DNA of 64,000 nucleotides. Source: Bacilli bacterium. Lineage in GTDB: Bacteria; Bacillota_I; Bacilli_A; RF39; UBA660. The notes beneath the pieces are model-generated. The model was not told where the DNA came from and did no database searches. It worked only from the letters and a program-made list of their open reading frames with translations. Positions 45,229 through 52,967 of this stretch are shown here, one piece after another. Position 1 is the stretch's first letter, and each line of letters starts with the position of its first letter. The translations under genes were made by a program, and so were the position numbers. The stretch covers positions 46,143 through 110,142 of the forward strand of contig JAFRVB010000008.1 in NCBI GenBank assembly GCA_017441845.1, in the 5' to 3' direction.

Positions 45229-45968
45229 TTTGAACTCACTTCCTCACGAACTAAGTACGCAACCGAAATGTTATCTGTTCCACCCCTATTATTAGCTTTA
45301 CTAATAAGCTTATTAACCTTTTCTTCTACAGTATCATCTTTATTTAATAATACTTTGCATATTTGATCTTTATCTAACATATTAGTTAATCCATCGCTTG
45401 ATAAAAGTATCTCTGATATATCCATATTACAATCAAAGATATCAACATCAACTTTACTACTAGCACCCAATGCTTTCATAAGTACATTCTTTTTAGGATG
45501 ATGAGTAGCTTCTTCTTTAGTTAACTCTCCTGCACTAACTAATAAATTTACTAACGTATGATCATAAGTAACTTTATGTAGTACGTTATCTTTCATAACA
45601 AAACCACTTGAATCTCCAACATTACCAAATAATAGATAATCTTTAGTTAATATAGCCATAACTAAAGTAGTACCCATTCCCTTACTTTCAGGATTATTTT
45701 TTTCATGTTGAAAAATCAAATTATTAATCTCTTCAAAAGCACTTCTTATCCATTTAACCGCATCTACCTTACTCATATTAACAAATGATTCTTTAAAATG
45801 CGTTGCTAAATAATTAATCGCAATACTTGATGCAACCTCACCAGCACGATGACCTCCCATTCCATCAGCTATTGCCATTAATTGTACTCCCTTACTTTCA
45901 ACTATAACTACACTGTCTTCATTATGATCTCTAACTTTTCCTGCATCTGTTAAATAAAAGGATTTCAT
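45225..45968 (-). CDS. stp: PP2C-family Ser/Thr phosphatase
   Basis: TD.G..R..NED, ADGMGGH, GTT, DGL, DN.S motifs. It overlaps prkC. Confidence 0.9.
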   Translation of the reverse strand: MKSFYLTDAGKVRDHNEDSVVIVESKGVQLMAIADGMGGHRAGEVASSIAINYLATHFKESFVNMSKVDAVKWIRSAFEEINNLIFQHEKNNPESKGMGTTLVMAILTKDYLLFGNVGDSSGFVMKDNVLHKVTYDHTLVNLLVSAGELTKEEATHHPKKNVLMKALGASSKVDVDIFDCNMDISEILLSSDGLTNMLDKDQICKVLLNKDDTVEEKVNKLISKANNRGGTDNISVAYLVREEVSSK

Positions 45969-46984
45969 ATATCTTCCTCCTTACTTCTAAGTTGTCCACA
46001 AGCAGCACTTATATTGCCACCAAATTCCCTCCTGATTGTCACATTAATTCCATTCTTCTTAAGTATATCATAAAAACTACTAATTTGTCTCATTTTACTT
46101 CGTTTAAATTGAATATTTTTAGTTTCATTATAAGGAATCAAATTAACATAGCAATTTCTTCCCTTTAATAACTCACTTAATAGAGTTGCACTACTATCAC
46201 TATCATTAACTCCATCTATCATAATATACTCAATCGTAAGACGTCTATTAGTCTTAGCATAATACTCATCCAATGAAGCCATTAAGTCATCAATAGGATA
46301 AATTTTATTAATAGGCATTATCTTATTTCTAATCTCATCATTAGGTCCATGTAGACTAATTGCTAAATTAACTTGTAAGTCTAAATTACTAAATTCTTTT
46401 ATTTTAGGAATAATACCACAAGTACTAACAGTAATATGTCTAGCTCCAATACTCAATCCATAATTAGAATTAATAATCTTAATAAAACTAATTAAATTAT
46501 CATAATTATCAAAAGGTTCTCCAATGCCCATCACAACAACATGACTAATACGTTCACCTAAACTATTCTCAATCAATAATATCTGTTCAACCATCTCATA
46601 TGCTTCAAGATTTCTTACTTTTTTACGTCTTCCCGACTCACAAAAAGCACATCCCATATTACAACCAACTTGAGATGAAACACATACACTTCTACCATAA
46701 TCGTGCATCATTAAAACAGCTTCAACATGTTCACCATCACTTAACTCAAATAAATATTTAGAAGTATCTTCACTTTTCTCTATCTTAACAATCTTAATCA
46801 TATCCATAGAGAAATCTTCTTTTAACTTACTTATAACCTCTTTTTTCAAATCAGTTATCTCGTCAAAAGAATTAATCTTCTTATCATACAACCATCTAAA
46901 TATCTGTTTAGCATGAAATTTCTTTTCACCAATTTCTTCTAAATATTTTTCTAAGTTTTCTAAATCTATTCCATATATATTCAT
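45965..46984 (-). CDS. rlmN: 23S rRNA/tRNA (adenine-C2)-methyltransferase, radical SAM
   Basis: KKFHAKQIFRWLY, CNMGCAFCESG, GMGEP, C-terminal CGQL. The start is set to ATG 46984 (MNIYGIDL); the track start is TTG 47002. Confidence 0.9.
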   Translation of the reverse strand: MNIYGIDLENLEKYLEEIGEKKFHAKQIFRWLYDKKINSFDEITDLKKEVISKLKEDFSMDMIKIVKIEKSEDTSKYLFELSDGEHVEAVLMMHDYGRSVCVSSQVGCNMGCAFCESGRRKKVRNLEAYEMVEQILLIENSLGERISHVVVMGIGEPFDNYDNLISFIKIINSNYGLSIGARHITVSTCGIIPKIKEFSNLDLQVNLAISLHGPNDEIRNKIMPINKIYPIDDLMASLDEYYAKTNRRLTIEYIMIDGVNDSDSSATLLSELLKGRNCYVNLIPYNETKNIQFKRSKMRQISSFYDILKKNGINVTIRREFGGNISAACGQLRSKEEDI

Positions 46985-46995
46985 ACTTAAATTAT

Positions 46996-47023
46996 AAAAC
47001 AAAAACTAGCATATTGCTAGTTT
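46996..47023 (-). terminator. Terminator closing the HEPN-like/242-aa unit
   Basis: aaactagca-tat-tgctagttt, with an A-rich run on plus upstream giving a T-run on minus. It abuts the stop at 47022. Confidence 0.6.
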
Positions 47024-47750
47024 ATTGTAATGGATTATCTATCTTTTCAACTTTACCTATATCATAGTATTTTAAATGAATATTTAAGTTCTTTTTACAT
47101 AGCTTCATAGTAGTACAATAACTACTTAAATCATAACTAATAGTACTTATAACACCAGCTTCATCATAAGAAATACTAATCTTAACAGGATCATCGCTAT
47201 AATCAGTAGTTTTATCATCAATTATTTTATTAATATTATTAATACTTATTAATAAGAATAATTCTACTCTACCATCGTTATAAGTAATATTATGATCTAA
47301 TGTAGCTTCTTCTAATATTTTGTCTATATAAGCTAAATTATAAAACTTATAGAATTTACTACATTCATCACTTTCAATCCATTTTAGATTTTCATATTTA
47401 AAAAGACCATCTTTATTACGAAAATATTTATTAGTAATTTTTCCATTACTACAAGTAAATTCTTCTCTATCTTCATTAATTTTTCCATTTATTTTTATAA
47501 CAGTATTATCATGAATAACACCATAATTATAAGCATAATTAAATTTTAATAAATCTACTATATTAGCACCATTATCTTTATTATTAGCATTTCTAATATC
47601 TTCTAATTGTTTTTCTAAAGGATAATGAGCAGAAGTTCTAGCAATAACCATTAAAATTAGCAACAATAAAGCAAAACCTATAAAAAACCATATAGCTTTT
47701 CCTCTTTTACTATCACTAGTTTTTTTTATGAAATCAATTGCTTCTTTCAT
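47022..47750 (-). CDS. N-terminally anchored hypothetical protein (242 aa), co-transcribed with the dual-RNxxxH protein
   Basis: TM segment AIWFFIGFALLLLILMVIA followed by about 190 extracytoplasmic residues. There is a 30-nt gap to the upstream ORF with no terminator between them. Confidence 0.45.
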   Translation of the reverse strand: MKEAIDFIKKTSDSKRGKAIWFFIGFALLLLILMVIARTSAHYPLEKQLEDIRNANNKDNGANIVDLLKFNYAYNYGVIHDNTVIKINGKINEDREEFTCSNGKITNKYFRNKDGLFKYENLKWIESDECSKFYKFYNLAYIDKILEEATLDHNITYNDGRVELFLLISINNINKIIDDKTTDYSDDPVKISISYDEAGVISTISYDLSSYCTTMKLCKKNLNIHLKYYDIGKVEKIDNPLQ

Positions 47751-47780
47751 TATAACTCCTTATCATAACAATTATATTAC

Positions 47781-50561
47781 TTATCTAGTATGTTGTCTAC
47801 TTCCTATATCTTTAGTTTCCAAATTCAATTCAATTTGATGAGTAAGTTCAACCAATTTATTAATATCCATAATAATATTAAAATTATTATGTTGATCGCG
47901 ATCAGCTTTATCATACAAATAAACTTTATCTTCTACTATATTACCATCTTCATCTTTAACAGGTTTAAATCTAAAATGACATATAGAATTTCTCATCTTA
48001 TCTAAAATATTATTTTTTAATGATTCATCAGTTCTTTCAGTACCTGTTCCATCTAAAGTAAATTGTCTTAAATAAGTTGTGTCATCCATATCTACATCAG
48101 TAATATTATTTTTATATTTCATTGTATCTCTAACGCAAGAAAGTATTATTTGTAATGGAGTTTCGTCAATAAGATCATAATCAGCATTTTCTTTTTGATA
48201 GTTTTTTAATACACTATCACAATAAACTAATGTAGCAATTAATTTTGGATTATTAATACCAAATATACTTTTAGCAAGATTTTCATTATAATTTTTATAC
48301 ATTTCATCTACTAATGCAGAATCACACTCAAAGAATTCTTTAGGTAATTTTTTCAAACGTTCATAATCATCATCAACCAAATCCAACAAATAATTTATTC
48401 TATCAACTAAATCATCATCAACATAATGACCCCTTTCACCACATTTTTCCAAATAAACGTCATAAGAAAATTGATTTACATCTATCCCATTATTAAAAAG
48501 AGTTGAAACTAAATCTGGTAAGTAAAAAAAACCACTATCTAACTTATAAATATCTATCCCTTGATCAGACAAGTAAATTGTCTTTTCAGAATTTGCTAGA
48601 GCTTCTTTAGGGAGATTATAAATATTAATTTTTTTATGTTTTAAATCAATAATTTTATCTGCATAAAGCAAGGAATCATATGGAATTTGACAAAAATCTA
48701 TTCCTTCTTTTATTAATTGTATAGCTTCTTGGGGATGCTCAAAAGCACCAAAAGGTAAATTATAAATATTTATACCTTGGTTAAATAATTCTAAAGCAGA
48801 TTCAGAATTATAAAACGCTTCTTTAGAAATACTATAAATATCTATTCCAGCATCTCGTAATTTTAAAACTTCATCAGGATATTCAAAGGCAATATCAGGT
48901 AAATTATAAATATCTATTCCATTTTCAAATAATTCGATAGTAGATTTTGAATGTGCAAATGCTTTATTGGGAATATTATATATATCTATTCCGAGCTCAA
49001 ATAATCTAATAACTTCTTTAGCAAAGTAAAAAGCATTATATGATAATTTATAAACATCTATTTTTTTATCATGCATATCAATAACATCTTGTACATTGAT
49101 AAACGCAGTATCCTTCAACCTATATATATCAAAACCTTTATTTTTTAATAATACGACATTTTCAGGAAATTCAAAAGCACCAAACTCGATATTAGTAATA
49201 TCTATACCATTATCCTGCAAAAAAAGTGTTCCTTCTCCTTTTACATATGCAATATATGGTAATTGAGACAATTCATTAATTTTTATACCTCTTGCTAACA
49301 ATTTTGCTGTTAATTTAGGATATTCAAATGCTTCAAAACATAAATCGTTCATGTTAATATTCAATTCATTAAATAACAAGGTGGCTTGAGGAAAATAAAA
49401 AGCACATTCCGGTAATTCCATCAAGTTAAGACCTTTATCAAAAAATAGTAGTGTTGTATCAATATTTTTAAAAACACTAGAAGGTAATCCCTTAATATCA
49501 ATCTCTTTCTTAATTAATTTTTTAGTTCCATCATAATTATCATATACAGTACTAGGTAAATTACTTATATCGACTCCTTTTTCATACAAATCAACAGCAC
49601 ATTCTGGATTTTTAAACACTGATATATTTAGACTATTTATATCCTCCAAGCTAATACCATGTTCAAACAAATATCTAAAACCTTCTTCATTATTAAAAAT
49701 ATTTATATTTAACTCATATAGTTTATCATAATCATAATCCAACAATTCAAGTAAATAGTTTAAATAACATGGTTCAACATTATAGAAAAAACTTTCTACT
49801 TTTTTTACATCGTAACCAAGTTCTTTTAATATTGAAGATGATATAGTGCTAGTTTTTTCTACTAATATTTTATCTTCCTCGTAAGCTATTATCCTTCCAT
49901 TAGTTAATCCATTTACGTATTCAATTGGTATTTTCACACTAAAGCCATTTTCATTTATAAACATTTCATTATTTATATCAGCAGTGCCATGTTGGATAGC
50001 ATTTCTTAATTTATGGATTATATTAATAGATTGTTTTAATACGTTTACAGCTTCTAACTTTTCTATCTCATCATTAGAATTTTCTAGCTTTACCCAATCA
50101 ATTTTACTATAAATTTCTATCGCTTCTTTATAGTTTCTTAACAACTCTCTTTTTGCATTAACTTGAACCTTAAATGCAGCTTTTTCTTCTTCAATTTTCA
50201 AATGTTCTTCAGTATTAGTTGCAGCATCGTGTTTACTTGCAATTCTATTAAGTTCATCTTTCATATCATTTAATTCTTTAAGAAATTTATCATACTCTTG
50301 ATATAAAGTATCATTCTCTTTTATATATTCACCCAAAAAAATAATATTCCAAATATCATTATAATTATTTAAATCAAAGATTAAGTTGCTTCCTTCTTTT
50401 CTAATAATAAGTTCTTTTCTTTTTATAAAGCGCGAAATAACACTCTTAAAATACGGATCTCCACTACTAAACATTCCATCCCTTCCGAATAAAATGTTTT
50501 CAGTTTCTTCCATGCCGTTAGCTGATATTACATTTTTAGCAACTTCATATAATCTTGACAT
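47781..50561 (-). CDS. Cytoplasmic 926-aa protein: HEPN-like RNxxxH motif - ~17 x 24-aa solenoid repeats - HEPN-like RNxxxH motif
   Basis: KLRNAIQHG (R186/H191) and KMRNSICHF (R857/H862). Central units resemble GIDIYNLPDIAFEYPDEVLKLRDA. No signal peptide or TM segment. Family unknown to me. Confidence 0.5.
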   Translation of the reverse strand: MSRLYEVAKNVISANGMEETENILFGRDGMFSSGDPYFKSVISRFIKRKELIIRKEGSNLIFDLNNYNDIWNIIFLGEYIKENDTLYQEYDKFLKELNDMKDELNRIASKHDAATNTEEHLKIEEEKAAFKVQVNAKRELLRNYKEAIEIYSKIDWVKLENSNDEIEKLEAVNVLKQSINIIHKLRNAIQHGTADINNEMFINENGFSVKIPIEYVNGLTNGRIIAYEEDKILVEKTSTISSSILKELGYDVKKVESFFYNVEPCYLNYLLELLDYDYDKLYELNINIFNNEEGFRYLFEHGISLEDINSLNISVFKNPECAVDLYEKGVDISNLPSTVYDNYDGTKKLIKKEIDIKGLPSSVFKNIDTTLLFFDKGLNLMELPECAFYFPQATLLFNELNINMNDLCFEAFEYPKLTAKLLARGIKINELSQLPYIAYVKGEGTLFLQDNGIDITNIEFGAFEFPENVVLLKNKGFDIYRLKDTAFINVQDVIDMHDKKIDVYKLSYNAFYFAKEVIRLFELGIDIYNIPNKAFAHSKSTIELFENGIDIYNLPDIAFEYPDEVLKLRDAGIDIYSISKEAFYNSESALELFNQGINIYNLPFGAFEHPQEAIQLIKEGIDFCQIPYDSLLYADKIIDLKHKKINIYNLPKEALANSEKTIYLSDQGIDIYKLDSGFFYLPDLVSTLFNNGIDVNQFSYDVYLEKCGERGHYVDDDLVDRINYLLDLVDDDYERLKKLPKEFFECDSALVDEMYKNYNENLAKSIFGINNPKLIATLVYCDSVLKNYQKENADYDLIDETPLQIILSCVRDTMKYKNNITDVDMDDTTYLRQFTLDGTGTERTDESLKNNILDKMRNSICHFRFKPVKDEDGNIVEDKVYLYDKADRDQHNNFNIIMDINKLVELTHQIELNLETKDIGSRQHTR
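48460..49700 (-). repeat. In-frame 72-nt (24-aa) tandem repeat array, about 17 diverged units
   Basis: GIDIYNIPNKAFAHSKSTIELFEN / GIDIYNLPDIAFEYPDEVLKLRDA / GIDIYSISKEAFYNSESALELFNQ / GINIYNLPFGAFEHPQEAIQLIKE / ... read from the translation. Confidence 0.75.
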
Positions 50562-50582
50562 ATTATCACTTACCTTAAATTA

Positions 50583-50591
50583 ATTATAACA
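50583..50591 (-). promoter_or_regulatory. Extended -10 promoter (TGtTATAAT) of the HEPN-like gene
   Basis: The reverse complement of attataaca (50583-50591). It lies between the fmt terminator hairpin and the ATG at 50561. Confidence 0.45.
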
Positions 50592-50598
50592 TACATAA

Positions 50599-50640
50599 TA
50601 AAAAGATAGTTAACATTCAAACTAACTATCTCTTTTTTTA
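50599..50640. terminator. Hairpin terminator after fmt
   Basis: agatagtta (50604-50612) / taactatct (50623-50631). T4 follows on minus and T7 on plus. Confidence 0.55.
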
Positions 50641-50648
50641 CAATTAAA

Positions 50649-51578
50649 CTAATCATTTAATTCTTTATCTAATAATTCCTCTTTTTTAATACCATTTAAA
50701 TAACTAGAAACTAACATTTTCTTTTTACCAAACGGTTGTATCTCTTCTAAGATTATTTCTCCATCCTTACAAGATATACCTATACCATCTTTATATATTT
50801 TATTAATTACTCCAATATTATTATATTTTTCAGTACCTATTCTAGTTTTAAATACTTTGCATCTATTACCATCCATCATAAAATAAGCACCTATCATAGG
50901 AGATAATCCTCTAACTAAGTTATTTATTTCTTCTGATGTTTTATTAAAATCAATATGTTCTTCTTCAGGCTTAATATTATAAGCATAAGTCACTTCATTC
51001 TCATCTTGTTTAATAGATTCATTAGTACCTTCAATTATACTAGGTAAAGTTTTTAATAATAAGTCTCTACCTAATACACTTAATTTATTAGATACTGTCT
51101 CTAAATTATCATTTTCTTCTATACTAATTTTCTCTTGAGAAATAATATTACCAGTATCCATACCTTTATCCATATACATAATAGTAATACCAGTCTCTTT
51201 ATCACCATTAATAATAGATCTATGTATTGGAGCCCCACCTCTATATTTAGGTAGTAATGATGCATGTACATTAATACATCCATATTTAGGATAATCTAAT
51301 ATTTCTTCTGGTATTATTTGTCCATAAGCACAAGTTACTATTAAATCAGGTTTTAATTCTAATACTTCTTGGTATTCTTTCCTAATTTTTATAGGTTGAA
51401 TAACTTTAATATTATTTTTTAAACCTATTTCTTTAGTAGGAGTAGCAGTTAATACTTTTTTTCTTCCTACTTCTTTATCTGGTTGACTAACTATCCCTAC
51501 AACATCATAATTCTCTATTAAACCATTAAGTACATTACAAGAAAATACCGGTGTTCCCATAAATACTACTCTCATCAA
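50649..51578 (-). CDS. fmt: Methionyl-tRNA formyltransferase
   Basis: VVFMGTP.F.......L, INVHASLLPKYRGGAPI, C-terminal beta-barrel domain. Confidence 0.9.
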   Translation of the reverse strand: MMRVVFMGTPVFSCNVLNGLIENYDVVGIVSQPDKEVGRKKVLTATPTKEIGLKNNIKVIQPIKIRKEYQEVLELKPDLIVTCAYGQIIPEEILDYPKYGCINVHASLLPKYRGGAPIHRSIINGDKETGITIMYMDKGMDTGNIISQEKISIEENDNLETVSNKLSVLGRDLLLKTLPSIIEGTNESIKQDENEVTYAYNIKPEEEHIDFNKTSEEINNLVRGLSPMIGAYFMMDGNRCKVFKTRIGTEKYNNIGVINKIYKDGIGISCKDGEIILEEIQPFGKKKMLVSSYLNGIKKEELLDKELND

Positions 51579-51587
51579 ATCACCTTC

Positions 51588-52655
51588 TCATAAAAATAAT
51601 ATTAAAGTTACAACAACCCCTAATGTTATTAATATTGATCCAGCAATTATAAATGTAGATACTACACCTTCACTATTAATCTTTATCTCTTCAGGTGTTT
51701 CCTCTATCTTTTCTTTTAAATTATCAATATTTAAAAACTCTATATCTTTAGAATCAATATCTTTATTACATATAACATTATTATAATTATTATTAATTAA
51801 TCTATCTAAAATAATAAAATAATCTTCTTCTTTAAATTCATCAATAAATTTATCTAAATCTAATTTATTATTATCAATAACTTTTCTTTTAACTAGAATA
51901 AAACTACTATTATTATAATTATCATTATTTAATAATTTCCATTCTCTATTAAACACATCTATAATTTTATTACTATCTTCTAAAGAAATATTTAATTTCT
52001 TAATAACTTTATTAATATTATCTAAACAACTCTTATAATCTTTCTTAACATAGCAATCTTTATCATTAAGATGTTCATCTCCACATATTAAATCATAAAA
52101 GTACATAGGGCTTCTTAATGAATAAAAATAAGCTAATTCCATACTATCAGTAAATACTACTTCATCTAAAGTAAAATCTTTATTAATATAGTTATCTTTA
52201 TATTTATTAAGTATCTCTTTTAACATAATAAAATCATTATATAAATTAGTATACTTATTAATCTTAAATCCATTATTTTTAATACTCTCAGTATATATAG
52301 GACTATAAGCATGTATAAAATAACCATTCTCTATATATTTTAAATATACATATCTAATAAATTCTTCTTTATCAGTAATATTAACTTTATTTACTAAGAT
52401 CATACTAAGTAATTTATTAATACCATCTTTAATACTAAATTCTTTTTCTATTCTTCTAAATAATAAATCTAATTCTACTAAATAATTTTCATAATAACCT
52501 ATATTATCAATTATTAAACTAAATTTATATATTGCATCATAAAAGATTCCAATTAAATCATAATTAGAATACTCTCTTCCTTTATATATTTCATAGGTAT
52601 AAAGTTTATCTATGAATTCTTTTGTGTCATCTCTCTCTAGTAATTCTTTAAACAT
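51588..52655 (-). CDS. Tail-anchored hypothetical protein (355 aa)
   Basis: Soluble N/K/Y-rich body with a single C-terminal TM segment (VVSTFIIAGSILITLGVVVTLILFL). It occupies the slot where def usually lies. Confidence 0.45.
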   Translation of the reverse strand: MFKELLERDDTKEFIDKLYTYEIYKGREYSNYDLIGIFYDAIYKFSLIIDNIGYYENYLVELDLLFRRIEKEFSIKDGINKLLSMILVNKVNITDKEEFIRYVYLKYIENGYFIHAYSPIYTESIKNNGFKINKYTNLYNDFIMLKEILNKYKDNYINKDFTLDEVVFTDSMELAYFYSLRSPMYFYDLICGDEHLNDKDCYVKKDYKSCLDNINKVIKKLNISLEDSNKIIDVFNREWKLLNNDNYNNSSFILVKRKVIDNNKLDLDKFIDEFKEEDYFIILDRLINNNYNNVICNKDIDSKDIEFLNIDNLKEKIEETPEEIKINSEGVVSTFIIAGSILITLGVVVTLILFL

Positions 52656-52936
52656 TAACCAGTACCTCTCATAATAATAAATACTGTTCCAACTATAATA
52701 ATAATCGCTAGAACTAATAGTATTAATCTTACTAATGGATCTTTTTTATCATAATAATCACTCTTCTTAGATCCAGATTCATCCATAAGTTTTTGATAAT
52801 ATTCTTGATTTTTCTTATTAGCTTCTACTTCTTGTCCATCATTTTCAAAAACTATATCTTCTTGTTCACTATTATAATTAGATCCCTTATTATCAAAAAA
52901 TTGCATAGACACACCTCTATTCTCTAATATAAACAT
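52655..52936 (-). CDS. Small tail-anchored hypothetical protein (93 aa)
   Basis: Acidic N-terminus and C-terminal TM segment LVRLILLVLAIIIIVGTVFII. Its stop overlaps the next start. Confidence 0.4.
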   Translation of the reverse strand: MFILENRGVSMQFFDNKGSNYNSEQEDIVFENDGQEVEANKKNQEYYQKLMDESGSKKSDYYDKKDPLVRLILLVLAIIIIVGTVFIIMRGTG

Positions 52937-52967
52937 AACATATTTTCAAGTTATTTAAAATAGATAA

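Noticed and set aside
48460-49700. Periodic DNA repeats here, and at 57200-57800 and 12060-15130, as possible CRISPR arrays
   Set aside because: All are in-frame coding repeats inside long ORFs, with diverged units and no unique spacers.
47781-50561. Calling the 926-aa protein a Cas13 / type VI CRISPR effector
   Set aside because: No CRISPR array, cas1/cas2 or accessory genes lie within the window. The region between the two RNxxxH motifs is a regular 24-aa tandem repeat, not a crRNA-binding REC/helical lobe. Only the motif placement and the size are Cas13-like.
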